From positions 1 through 62,525 of the forward strand of contig JAGYID010000029.1 of NCBI GenBank assembly GCA_018606725.1: a stretch of DNA of 62,525 bases, read 5' to 3'. The stretch's first letter is position 1. Each line of letters starts with the position of its first letter. Origin of the DNA: Acidobacteriota bacterium (GTDB taxonomy: Bacteria > Acidobacteriota > Polarisedimenticolia > Gp22-AA2). The position numbers and the translations under genes were made by a program. The notes beneath the pieces were generated by a model. It saw only the letters and a list, made by a program, of their open reading frames with translations, did no database searches and was not told the DNA's origin. Below, in pieces: positions 10,170 through 18,321 of this stretch.

Positions 10170-11071
10170 CCAGGGGCCGCGGGACGAGCGCCGGCCCCGG
10201 ACTCCGCATCGACCTGCGCGCTGCATCGTCCGGCCATGGGGGCGCCGCCGCCGGCCGGCCGGCGTGTTCGGCCCCGCTCCGGTTCGCGCACCGGGGCGCG
10301 CGCACTCTGGCGCCGGAAAACACTCTGGCGGCCTTCGAAGCGGCCCACCGGCTCGGCATCGACGCGATCGAGTTCGACGTGCGGCTGTCGGCCGACGGAG
10401 TGGCGGTGGTGATCCATGACGAGACGGTCGATCGGACGACCGACGGCGATGGTCGGGTCGGGGATCTGGCGCTCGAGCAGTTGAAACGCCTGGATGCCGG
10501 CTGCTGGTTCGCACCGGAGTTCCGCGGCGAGCCGATTCCCACGCTCGAGGAAACGCTCGCCTGGGCGCGCGGGCGCTGCGGCGTCAACATCGAGCTGAAG
10601 GAGGCCCGGGGGCGCGGCGCCGCCACCGGGTCGCCCGCGACCCGGTGCGCCTCCCTGGCGCAGGCAGTGGCGCGCGCCATCCGCCGCACCGCCTTCCGTG
10701 ACTTCCTGGTCGTGTCGTCGTTCGCGACCCCCGCCCTGGCGGCGGCCCGGACCTCCATGCCCGCGGCGCGTCTCGGATGGCTCGCATCGCGGTCGCTGCG
10801 CGGCCTGGCGTCCTTGCACCACCGCCTCCGCCTGTACTCGCTGCACCCGCACGTGCGGCTCGCGTCACCCCGGCGGGTCGTCCTCGGACGGCGACTGGGG
10901 CTGCGGGTGTTTTTCTGGACCGCCAACGATGTCCGGCTGATCCGCCGCCTCGTCGGACTCGGCTGCGACGGCGTGATGACCGACGATCCGGCCCTGTTCC
11001 GGCGTGCCGGGCTGACCGGTCCGACGATGCAACGCGGCTCAGAGGCCGTCCGGACGCGGGTTTCCGATTGA
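10166..11071 (+). CDS. Glycerophosphodiester phosphodiesterase family protein
   Basis: AHRGA...PENTLAAF, EFDV, HDETVDRTT, IPTLEE, NIELK, WTAN and GVMTDDP. Starts by TTGA overlap with the typA stop. Confidence 0.92.
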   Translation: MTRGRGTSAGPGLRIDLRAASSGHGGAAAGRPACSAPLRFAHRGARTLAPENTLAAFEAAHRLGIDAIEFDVRLSADGVAVVIHDETVDRTTDGDGRVGDLALEQLKRLDAGCWFAPEFRGEPIPTLEETLAWARGRCGVNIELKEARGRGAATGSPATRCASLAQAVARAIRRTAFRDFLVVSSFATPALAAARTSMPAARLGWLASRSLRGLASLHHRLRLYSLHPHVRLASPRRVVLGRRLGLRVFFWTANDVRLIRRLVGLGCDGVMTDDPALFRRAGLTGPTMQRGSEAVRTRVSD

Positions 11072-11096
11072 CAGGGACCGGCCGTCACCGTATAGT
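11068..11096 (+). promoter_or_regulatory. Strong sigma70 promoter for the leader-sat transcript
   Basis: TTGACA (11068-11073)-17 nt-TATAGT (11091-11096). Confidence 0.85.
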
Positions 11097-11133
11097 CACG
11101 GGCGCACTCGATACTTGGAGGGCGCGGGGTTTC

Positions 11134-11226
11134 ATGAGCGGCAACGGCGGCACGTCCCATCGCTTCACCGGCAGGCTGGTTCGCTCCCGCGCTCACCTCG
11201 GTTGTTGTTGTCCTATCTGTCCATAG
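11134..11226 (+). CDS. Cys-rich attenuator leader peptide MSGNGGTSHRFTGRLVRSRAHLGCCCPICP
   Basis: ATG downstream of GGAGG (11117-11121). Ends TGT TGT TGT CCT ATC TGT CCA TAG and overlaps hairpin segment 1. Confidence 0.78.
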   Translation: MSGNGGTSHRFTGRLVRSRAHLGCCCPICP

Positions 11227-11320
11227 CATCACGGTCGTCGACCGGGAGATAGGACAAGTCAGGGAACGTCGCTCAATAGCCCGAACCCTTTCCGGTCTCC
11301 CGGAAGGGGTTTTTTGTTTC
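11208..11320 (+). terminator. Attenuator: 1:2 hairpin, 2:3 antiterminator and 3:4 intrinsic terminator upstream of sat
   Basis: 1:2 is TTGTCCTATCT/AGATAGGACAA (11208-18/11247-57). 2:3 is CCGGGAGA/TCTCCCGG (11242-49/11296-303). 3:4 is AACCCTTTCCGG-TCTC-CCGGAAGGGGTT followed by TTTTGTTT. Confidence 0.82.
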
Positions 11321-11343
11321 AGGGCGCGGAGGCGCGAGGAGAG

Positions 11344-13086
11344 ATGATGTCGGAGCAGAAGCAGATCGTGGAGGCAGGTCCCGGGGCGGTCCTGCGCGAC
11401 GGCGTGTCGCGGCAGGCGGCGCGGAGCGGTCCGACGCCCGTCGGCGGCAAACTGGTCGACCGGGTGCTGAACGGCGCGGCGCGCGAGGCGGCGCGGTCGC
11501 TCGCCGGCAAGCTCCCGAAGCTCACCCTGACGCTCGATCAGATCGTCACGCTGGAAATGATCGCGACCGGGGTGCTCAGCCCGCTCGAGGGTTTCCCCGG
11601 GCGCAAGGACTACCAGTCGATCCTCGACCGCGGCCGGCTTGCCGACGGCACGCCGTGGACCCTGCCGCCGACGCTGGCGCCGGCGGACGAGGAGAGCCGC
11701 CGCGTCATCGACCGGGTGCGCGAAGGGGACGCCGTGGCCCTGGCCGACGAGAAGGGCCAAGCGGTGGCGATCCTGCATCTTCAGGAGAAATATTCCTTCG
11801 ACAAGACCGAGCGCGCCCAGAAGCTGTTCGGCACGACCGAGCGGAAACATCCCGGCGTCGACGCCATCCACCGCCGCCTCGGCGACCTCGCCCTGGCCGG
11901 GCCGATCGACCTCATCGAGAAGACCCACTGGGGGCCGTTCGAGAGATACCGTCTCGAGCCGAAGGACGCCTGGCGTCTGTTTCACGAGGAGCGCGGCTGG
12001 AACACGGTGATCGCGTTCCAGACCGCCAACCCGCTGCACCGCGGCCACGAGCATCTGCAGAAGTGCGCCCTGGAGATCTTCGACGGGCTGTTCATCCACC
12101 CGGTCGTCGAGACGACCCGGCGCGCCTATTTCCGCAACGAGTTCCGCATCAAGGCCTACGAAGTCGCGCTGCGCGAGTACTTCCCCGCTGACCGCGTCGC
12201 CATGGCGCCGCTGCGGATCACCATGCAGTACGCCGGGCCGCGCGAGGCGATCCTGCACGCCCTCATTCGCCGCAACTTCGGCTGCACGCACTTCATCGTC
12301 GGCCGCGACCATGCCGGCTTCGGGAGCTACTACGACCCGTACGCCTCGCAGAAGATCTTCTCCGACTACGACCGCACCGAGCTCGGCATCGAGCCGGTCT
12401 TCTTCCGCGAGTCGTATTACTGCACGCGCTGCGGCAGCGTGGCTTCCGAGAAGACCTGCCCGCACGGCCGCGAGTATCACATCACCATGAGCGGCACCGG
12501 CGTGCAGGACATTCTGCGTTACGGCTATCTGCCCCCCAAGGAGGTCCTGCGTCCGGAGGTCGGACAGGTGATCCTGCAGGGGATCCAGCCGAAGGGCGTC
12601 GGGCCGGACGGGAAGGCGATCCGCCCGGTCGGCGACACCATCAAGGGCCTGTTCCCCTTCTACCTGACGCACGCCCGCCTCGGCGGTCCGAAGCGCGAGG
12701 TGCCCCTCGATCCGGCGACGCTGACGAAGCGGGACCTCGAGGCGGCCCTGCATGACGCGCGGGACAACGCATCGCGGGTCTACGACCGCGTCTACGAGAC
12801 TTTCACCTCCCTCTTCGATCTCGATCGGGCCCTCGAGGTGTCTCTCCTTCAGCAGGCGCGTCTGAAAGCGATCGCCATCCAGGAGGAGCTGGTCGAATCC
12901 CTGGAGCAGAAAGTGGCGGTGGCACCCGAGACGGTCGAGGACGCCTACATGTACCAGGATCGGGCGGAGGCGGAGCGCGAGCTCCAGGTCGCGCGCCGGA
13001 TTCTGGAGGAGCTGCGGCGCGGCGAGGGAGCCGATTTCAAGTCGCGCGTCTGGAATCAACGCCCGTACGAAGACTACTCGATCTGA
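11344..13086 (+). CDS. sat: Sulfate adenylyltransferase (Sat-type ATP sulfurylase) with a C-terminal extension of about 165 aa
   Basis: SPLEGF, WTLP, FQTANPLHRGH (HxxH), YAGPREAILHALIRRNFGCTHFIVGRDHAG and the Zn motif CTRC...CPH. SD GAGGAG. Confidence 0.9.
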   Translation: MMSEQKQIVEAGPGAVLRDGVSRQAARSGPTPVGGKLVDRVLNGAAREAARSLAGKLPKLTLTLDQIVTLEMIATGVLSPLEGFPGRKDYQSILDRGRLADGTPWTLPPTLAPADEESRRVIDRVREGDAVALADEKGQAVAILHLQEKYSFDKTERAQKLFGTTERKHPGVDAIHRRLGDLALAGPIDLIEKTHWGPFERYRLEPKDAWRLFHEERGWNTVIAFQTANPLHRGHEHLQKCALEIFDGLFIHPVVETTRRAYFRNEFRIKAYEVALREYFPADRVAMAPLRITMQYAGPREAILHALIRRNFGCTHFIVGRDHAGFGSYYDPYASQKIFSDYDRTELGIEPVFFRESYYCTRCGSVASEKTCPHGREYHITMSGTGVQDILRYGYLPPKEVLRPEVGQVILQGIQPKGVGPDGKAIRPVGDTIKGLFPFYLTHARLGGPKREVPLDPATLTKRDLEAALHDARDNASRVYDRVYETFTSLFDLDRALEVSLLQQARLKAIAIQEELVESLEQKVAVAPETVEDAYMYQDRAEAERELQVARRILEELRRGEGADFKSRVWNQRPYEDYSI

Positions 13087-13179
13087 TCACCGGGGCCTTT
13101 CCGCTCGTCTTGACAAAGGCATATCCTTGTGATGTATTGACCGCGGCTTCCAGACAACGCAACCAAAGGGGGTGAGACC

Positions 13180-13503
13180 GTGGCCAAGAAACGAGCGAAG
13201 CGGAAAGCGTCTCGCCGCAAGGGCGCAAGCCGCAAGGCTTCCGCCCGGAAGGCACCCAGAAAGAAGGCGGCCCGCAAGGGCGCGAAAAGAGCCCGACCGG
13301 CGAAGAAGTCCGCGCGGCGCAAGGGCAGCGCCCGCAAGGCCGCCCCGCGCAAGGCGGCGGCCAGGAAGGCGGCGCCGCGCCCCAGCGCTCCCGCTCCAAC
13401 GCCGGCGGTGACCCCGGTGGTCACTCCGACGACCCCGTCCTCCTACACGCCGACGTACGGCAGCGGTTTCGGGTCCGACATCGGCAAGAACGAAGAGGAA
13501 TAG
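13180..13503 (+). CDS. Histone H1-like Lys/Arg/Ala-rich protein with a Thr-Pro-rich tail
   Basis: Repeated ARK/RKAA units, SD GGGGGTGA, its own promoter-like TTGACA at 13110, and a downstream terminator. Confidence 0.75.
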   Translation: MAKKRAKRKASRRKGASRKASARKAPRKKAARKGAKRARPAKKSARRKGSARKAAPRKAAARKAAPRPSAPAPTPAVTPVVTPTTPSSYTPTYGSGFGSDIGKNEEE

Positions 13504-13521
13504 ACCCAACCTCGCATCCCA

Positions 13522-13559
13522 CGCCCCGGCACCGATGACGGCGCCGGGGCGTTTTTTTG
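13522..13559 (+). terminator. Intrinsic terminator
   Basis: Hairpin CGCCCCGGC...GCCGGGGCG followed by T7. Confidence 0.85.
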
Positions 13560-13642
13560 CCCGGGTGGACCGTTGACTCCCGCCGGGAGCGGCCTATATT
13601 GGGTTATGGTTTCTGCACGATACGCAACGTGTGCGAGGGACG

Positions 13643-14173
13643 ATGCCCGAAGCAGCGACCGCACCATCCGGCAATCCCACCGGCGCCCCCCAGTCGGATT
13701 CGACTTTCCGTGGCGGCATGTCCGCCCTGGAAAAGCGCTGTTACAAGGAAGCGATCGCCTTGTTCCAGCAGGCGATCGATCTGGAGCGTCAGGAGGGGGC
13801 CAAGAATCCGAAAATGAAATTCGTTTCCTGGCTCGGCCTGGCTCTGACCCTGTCGCAGGGGCGGTCGGAGGAGGGATTGAAGCTGTGCGAGCAGGCGGTC
13901 AAGCGCGAGTTCTTCGACCCGGATCTGTACTGCAACCTCGGAATCGTCTACCTGCGCAGCCGCCAGAAAGCCCGCGCCTTCGAGGCGTTCCAGAAGGGGC
14001 TGAATCTCAAGCCGGGGCACCGCCGGATTCTCGAGGAGCTGGAGAAATACGACCAGCGCAGCTACCCGGTGTTCGCTTTCCTCCCGCGCCAACACCTGAT
14101 CAACCGCCTGGCGGGCCGCCTGCGCCACCGCCTGCGTCACCTGTTCGGGAAAATCTCTCCCAACGAAGCCTGA
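13643..14173 (+). CDS. Small TPR protein
   Basis: TPR-like helices (YKEAIALFQQAI, YCNLGIVYL...AFEAFQKGL). SD GAGGGA. Promoter TTGACT-16-TATATT at 13573-13600. Confidence 0.85.
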   Translation: MPEAATAPSGNPTGAPQSDSTFRGGMSALEKRCYKEAIALFQQAIDLERQEGAKNPKMKFVSWLGLALTLSQGRSEEGLKLCEQAVKREFFDPDLYCNLGIVYLRSRQKARAFEAFQKGLNLKPGHRRILEELEKYDQRSYPVFAFLPRQHLINRLAGRLRHRLRHLFGKISPNEA

Positions 14174-15789
14174 GCCGTTCGAGGGCCGCCTCCGGCCCCG
14201 GCCGGGCCTACCGCCCGGCGGCCGGAACTTGCGCAGCCCTCGCATTCGTCCTGTCACAGGCGCCCGTCCTCGCCGACCGGGCGGCGGCAGCGGCGCCGGC
14301 CTCCGAGCCGCCCGGGCAGGAGGCGCCGGAGCGCGATGGGCCGCGGCGGGAGGCGCAACGCCTCGACGCCGACGCTTACGTCCGGCGCGGTTTCGAATAC
14401 CTGGCGCGGCCGCGCCCGGAGGACCAGGATGAGGCGGCGCGGCTGTTCCGGAAAGCGATCGATCTCGAGCCGGATCGGAGCGAAGCGCTCCGGGGTCTCG
14501 CCCGGGTCGACACCTACCTGTACACGCTCGGCCTCGATACCAGACGGGAGCGCCTCCAGGACGCCCTCGATGCGGCCGGGCACGCCGTCGAGCGGGCGCC
14601 GCAGGACGCCCCGGCGCGCGCCGCTCTGGCCCTGGCGCTGGCCGCCGCCGACCGGCTGACGCCGGCCCTCGAGGAGGCCAGGCGGGCGACGGCGATCGAG
14701 GCGGGCTCGGCCGAAGCCCAGGCATCCACGTGTGTCGTGCTGCGGCTGCGGGGCGATTTGGATGGAGCCCTGGCGGCCTGCCGGCGGGCCGTGACGGCGG
14801 CTCCCCGCGACCCGCGCCTGTTGACCGCCTTCGGCGACGCGTTGCGTGACAAGGGTCTGTACGAGGACGCCATGGAGATGTACGGGCAGGCGGTCGACCT
14901 GGACCACGAGGCGATCGCGCCGCAGCTCGGGGCGGCGGTGGCGCTGCACAAGGCAGGCCGGTACCAGTCGGCGGGCGGCATGTTCAATCTGCTCCTCGAG
15001 AAATGGGACTACGCCCAGGACCGCGTCCGCCTCGGCGCGGCGGCCCTGTTGCTCAGCATGCAGCGCTTCGACGACGCCCTGGCGATGTACGAGAAGGTGC
15101 CGGTGCCCGAGGGCGGCTCGCTGCCTGTCCTGGTGACGCTGTACGGCAAGGCCTACTGCCTGCAGCGGCTCGGACGCAGCCCCGAGGCGGAGTACTTCCT
15201 CAGCGGTCTCATCGAGCGGGTGCCACGGGCCTATGACGGTCCGGCGCGGGGTCGCGATGTGCTGTTCATGGCCTACGGCGACCTGGTCGGTTATTTCCGG
15301 GAGCGCGACAAGGTGCACAAGGTCGAGACGCTGCTGCGAGAGGCGGCCGCCCGTCCGCTGGCGCCGACCCGCTTCGCCCGCGACCTGGCCGGGCGTCTCG
15401 ACGCCGCGGGGGAAGCCGGCAAGGCCGCGGCGATTCTCGAGACCGCCGTCCTCGGCGCCGACCCGGCGGAGGATCCGATCGAGCTGTCCGAGAGCGCGCT
15501 GGCGATGGTCCGCGTGCGGACCGCCGCCGGCAACCGGCGTCTGCCGGCCGACAGCGCCGCGGCGCGGGCCCTGCAGCAGGCCGTGGACCGCATCGCGCCC
15601 TCCCCGATCGGCATCGCGCAGTACCGCCTGGCCCGGGCTCTTGCGCTCGCCGGCTGGAACGACGAGGCGATCGCCTGCCTGGCACGGGCCCGGCAGGGCG
15701 GCTACCTGCCCGCCGACCAGGTTGCCGACGAGAAGGACTTCGACCGTCTCCGCGACCTGCCCGCCTTCAAGAACCTGCTCGCCGGCTGA
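14170..15789 (+). CDS. Exported multi-TPR protein
   Basis: Signal-like AALAFVLSQAPVLA, many TPR repeats and a C-terminal DFDRLRDLPAF. The CTG at 14170 overlapping the previous stop is the only plausible start. Confidence 0.75.
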   Translation: MSRSRAASGPGRAYRPAAGTCAALAFVLSQAPVLADRAAAAAPASEPPGQEAPERDGPRREAQRLDADAYVRRGFEYLARPRPEDQDEAARLFRKAIDLEPDRSEALRGLARVDTYLYTLGLDTRRERLQDALDAAGHAVERAPQDAPARAALALALAAADRLTPALEEARRATAIEAGSAEAQASTCVVLRLRGDLDGALAACRRAVTAAPRDPRLLTAFGDALRDKGLYEDAMEMYGQAVDLDHEAIAPQLGAAVALHKAGRYQSAGGMFNLLLEKWDYAQDRVRLGAAALLLSMQRFDDALAMYEKVPVPEGGSLPVLVTLYGKAYCLQRLGRSPEAEYFLSGLIERVPRAYDGPARGRDVLFMAYGDLVGYFRERDKVHKVETLLREAAARPLAPTRFARDLAGRLDAAGEAGKAAAILETAVLGADPAEDPIELSESALAMVRVRTAAGNRRLPADSAAARALQQAVDRIAPSPIGIAQYRLARALALAGWNDEAIACLARARQGGYLPADQVADEKDFDRLRDLPAFKNLLAG

Positions 15790-15844
15790 GCCTGCCCGTC
15801 CGCCGATCCAGGCCGTCCGCTGAACCAGGCCGCCCGCCGGCGCC

Positions 15845-16039
15845 GGACAGGCGCGTTCCACGGCACAACGGACAAAAGAGTCGCCCGCCTCGTCGGCTTT
15901 TGTCCGGCGATTTCGTAATTTGTCCAGAACCCGCTCAGGCGTGGGCTTTCAGAGACTGCGGCAATTGCGCCCGGTGACGGGGGTTAAGGGCGGGTGCGGC
16001 ACCCGGCGACCAGAATCGCGACATGGTACCGGCCTTGCT
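15845..16039 (+). promoter_or_regulatory. Sigma54 promoter with an upstream inverted-repeat activator site
   Basis: TGGTAC-CGGCC-TTGCT (16024-16039, GG-N10-GC). Inverted repeat CGGACAAAAG...CTTTTGTCCG at 15870-15906, plus extra GGACA/TGTCC half-sites. Confidence 0.6.
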
Positions 16040-16099
16040 CTCTCCACCTGCCGACCGCGACCCGTCACCATGAGGCGCGCGTCAGGAGGTGTCGTGCTC

Positions 16100-16558
16100 A
16101 TGAAACGCGCACTTTTTGCTGTGGCAGTAGCCATGGTCGCTTCGGTTCTGGTGGCCACACCAGTCGCGGCCCAGTCGGTGGTCAGAGAAACGAGCTGCAC
16201 CGACACGTACGGCTCCAACACCATGACCTACGACTGCCGTTTCCACGTGAAGGACTACACGGTTGGTGCGCCGGTGACGTTCACCGTCAACTACTCGTGC
16301 ACCGGCGCGTGCGGTCCGGTCCTGTCGTTCGGTCTGCGTGACCGGGGCTTCACCCCGGCGGGCACGAACGGTCACCTGGTGGGCGGACGCCGCATTCCCG
16401 GCGGTCTCGAGCTGACCTTCGCCTTCGACTCGCTGAAGTCGATGGGTAAGGGCGTCACCGGGCAGGGCCACTTCAAGATGAACGTCAACGTCGACGACGG
16501 CTCCGGTTACATGACCGCGGTGCCGTGCAACATCGACGTGCACCTGAACACGGAATAA
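16100..16558 (+). CDS. Secreted hypothetical beta-rich protein with five Cys in the mature region
   Basis: SD AGGAGGT, signal peptide MKRALFAVAVAMVASVLVATPVAA, and a downstream terminator. Confidence 0.8.
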   Translation: MKRALFAVAVAMVASVLVATPVAAQSVVRETSCTDTYGSNTMTYDCRFHVKDYTVGAPVTFTVNYSCTGACGPVLSFGLRDRGFTPAGTNGHLVGGRRIPGGLELTFAFDSLKSMGKGVTGQGHFKMNVNVDDGSGYMTAVPCNIDVHLNTE

Positions 16559-16615
16559 CGCCGGCTCCGCTGGCGTAAGGGGCGCACGCCCCGCAGCCGC
16601 CTCAGGCGGCAGGAG

Positions 16616-16674
16616 CCCGGCGCACGCAGGCCCGACGGATAATCGGGCTGGTGCGCCGGGCACCTTCTTTTTTT
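16616..16674 (+). terminator. Intrinsic terminator
   Basis: Long hairpin CCCGGCGCAC...GTGCGCCGGG followed by TTCTTTTTTT. Confidence 0.65.
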
Positions 16675-16689
16675 CCGGCGACTGTTTCT

Positions 16690-17469
16690 CTAGCGGGGAA
16701 CCGTGACCTTCGCGGCCTGCTCGAGCGCCACCGACAGCATCTCCTCGGTGCCGATCTTCGCTTCCTTGCCCTTCGTCGATCCGGCCACGGCGGTGCCGAC
16801 CGCCGCGCCGACCGCCGCCGCCCCGGCGGCGTTCTTGTCGAGGAGCTTGCCGAGCAGGGCGCCGCCGGCGGCGCTGCCGCCGATGATGCCGGCCTTCTTG
16901 CCGGCGCTGCCCTCCGCGATCCTGCTGAGACCGGCGGCGATTGTCGCGGCCCGGCCGTTCGGGCTGACGATCCGGTTGAAGTTCAGCGCCAGGGCGCCGC
17001 CGGTGTCCTTGAACCCCTTCTTGGCCGGCTTCACGTCAGTCACCGTCCCTTCGACCGTGCTGCCGGCGGGGAAGACGACACGCTCGCCGACGAGCAGCGG
17101 CTGCTGCAGTGTCGCCGTGACCTTGTCGCCGACCAGCGCCGTTTCGGACGTCAGCGGCGCGGCAAGCTGCAGGCCGAGGGCGGTGCCGGAGGGAATGGTC
17201 AGCGTGACGGTCGTCGGCGCCGGCGGCGTCTTCGGCTCGATCCGGCGCGGCCGCTCCTCGGGAACCGCTTCCGTCCGCGTCGCACTCTGGGGCGGCGGGG
17301 GCGGCGGGGTCACCACGTCGCTGCCGCCCGTGGCCGGGGCCGGCGGCGGAGCCGGCTCGGTCTGCTCCGCCACCTGCGACGTACCGGTCTGCTGGCCGCT
17401 GCACCCGGCGAATCCGAGCGGCAGCAGGGTCACCACGAGAACCAGAGTCAGAAATCGCGACTTCGTCAT
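16690..17469 (-). CDS. Lipoprotein with a Pro-rich linker, a TrbI/VirB10-like beta domain and a glycine zipper
   Basis: Lipobox FAGC, IPSGT...PLTSET..VGD...FPAGSTVEG and GGSAAGGALLG. SD GGAGGGG. Confidence 0.75.
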   Translation of the reverse strand: MTKSRFLTLVLVVTLLPLGFAGCSGQQTGTSQVAEQTEPAPPPAPATGGSDVVTPPPPPPQSATRTEAVPEERPRRIEPKTPPAPTTVTLTIPSGTALGLQLAAPLTSETALVGDKVTATLQQPLLVGERVVFPAGSTVEGTVTDVKPAKKGFKDTGGALALNFNRIVSPNGRAATIAAGLSRIAEGSAGKKAGIIGGSAAGGALLGKLLDKNAAGAAAVGAAVGTAVAGSTKGKEAKIGTEEMLSVALEQAAKVTVPR

Positions 17470-17497
17470 GCTTCCCCCTCCCTGAATTAAGGAACCT

Positions 17498-18097
17498 CTA
17501 TTCCCGGACTTTGATTTGCAGCGGTTTCTCCAGAACCACCGTGAGCGACGCCTCCGGCGGCAACAGTACCGACCGGCCCGGTGCGCCACCGCCGATGACG
17601 CCATCGCGCACCACCTGGGTCGCGACACCGGTCTTGACGACGCGGGCGGCGATGTCGGCCGCCGCTCCGAACGGCGTGGTGATCCGCTCGAATTGCACGA
17701 TTAGCGTGCCGCCCTGCCTCCCGGCGCCCTGGCCCGCCGCGATCGCGCCCAGCACTTTCCCTTCGACGATCGAACCGCCCGGCAGAACGACCCGGCTTCC
17801 CTGGACGATCCCGTCGACCATCCTGCCGCGGAAGCGGTCGCCGGTCCGATTGGTCTCGGAGCTGAGCGGCTCGACGAGCGCCAGGTCCAGCGTGGTGCCT
17901 GCCGGGATCGTCGCGTCGCTCCAGCGAACCGGCGGAGCCGGCTTGTTGTCCGGCACGAGTCCACCAGCCTGGGCGGCCGGCGTGCCGCCTTCCGGAGCCT
18001 GCGGACCGCCACCGCAACCGATCGCCAGCGCCGAGACCATCAGTATGGCCGACAGAGGACGCACCTTCGATCTCCGACCGTCCAATCGATCGTTCAC
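17498..18097 (-). CDS. Lipoprotein, paralog of the downstream gene
   Basis: Lipobox AIGC and IPAGT...PLSSET..TGD...LPGGSIVEG, matching the neighbour. Confidence 0.7.
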   Translation of the reverse strand: MNDRLDGRRSKVRPLSAILMVSALAIGCGGGPQAPEGGTPAAQAGGLVPDNKPAPPVRWSDATIPAGTTLDLALVEPLSSETNRTGDRFRGRMVDGIVQGSRVVLPGGSIVEGKVLGAIAAGQGAGRQGGTLIVQFERITTPFGAAADIAARVVKTGVATQVVRDGVIGGGAPGRSVLLPPEASLTVVLEKPLQIKVRE

Positions 18098-18161
18098 TGC
18101 AGTCCCTTATATAGACGATTCCGAGCCAGAGTCAAACAGACCAGGCGATCCTGTCATGCGC

Positions 18162-18321
18162 GTCCATTTCGTTGGACTAAGGTCCAATTGGTTGGCGATT
18201 TGGATCTCCTCCAGCCTCCATTGATCGCCCGACATGATGTGCTGTCGTGCTCCAAGTAATTGCTTTCCATAAGCTTATGGTTTTATCCAGAATCGTGCGG
18301 TGAATTGGCAGCGGCCTTGCT
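18162..18321 (+). promoter_or_regulatory. Sigma54 promoter with an upstream palindromic site
   Basis: TGGCAG-CGGCC-TTGCT (18306-18321). GTCCA-N6-TGGAC and TTGGAC-TAAG-GTCCAA at 18162-18187. AT-rich tract in between. Confidence 0.6.

Noticed and set aside
10777-11133. 149-aa ORF ending in CCCPICP
   Set aside because: The 5' part overlaps the GDPD gene and spans the promoter. Only the last 30 codons from ATG 11134 are credible.
11097-11320. SAM riboswitch or T-box as the explanation of the sat leader
   Set aside because: No SAM-I AUC...GAU/AGA core and no T-box UGGNACC bulge are visible. The Cys-codon ORF overlapping hairpin 1 explains the structure better.
13573-14169. N-terminal 199 aa of the 738-aa TPR ORF
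   Set aside because: It overlaps the 13643-14173 TPR gene in another frame, and its TTG is part of a -35 box.
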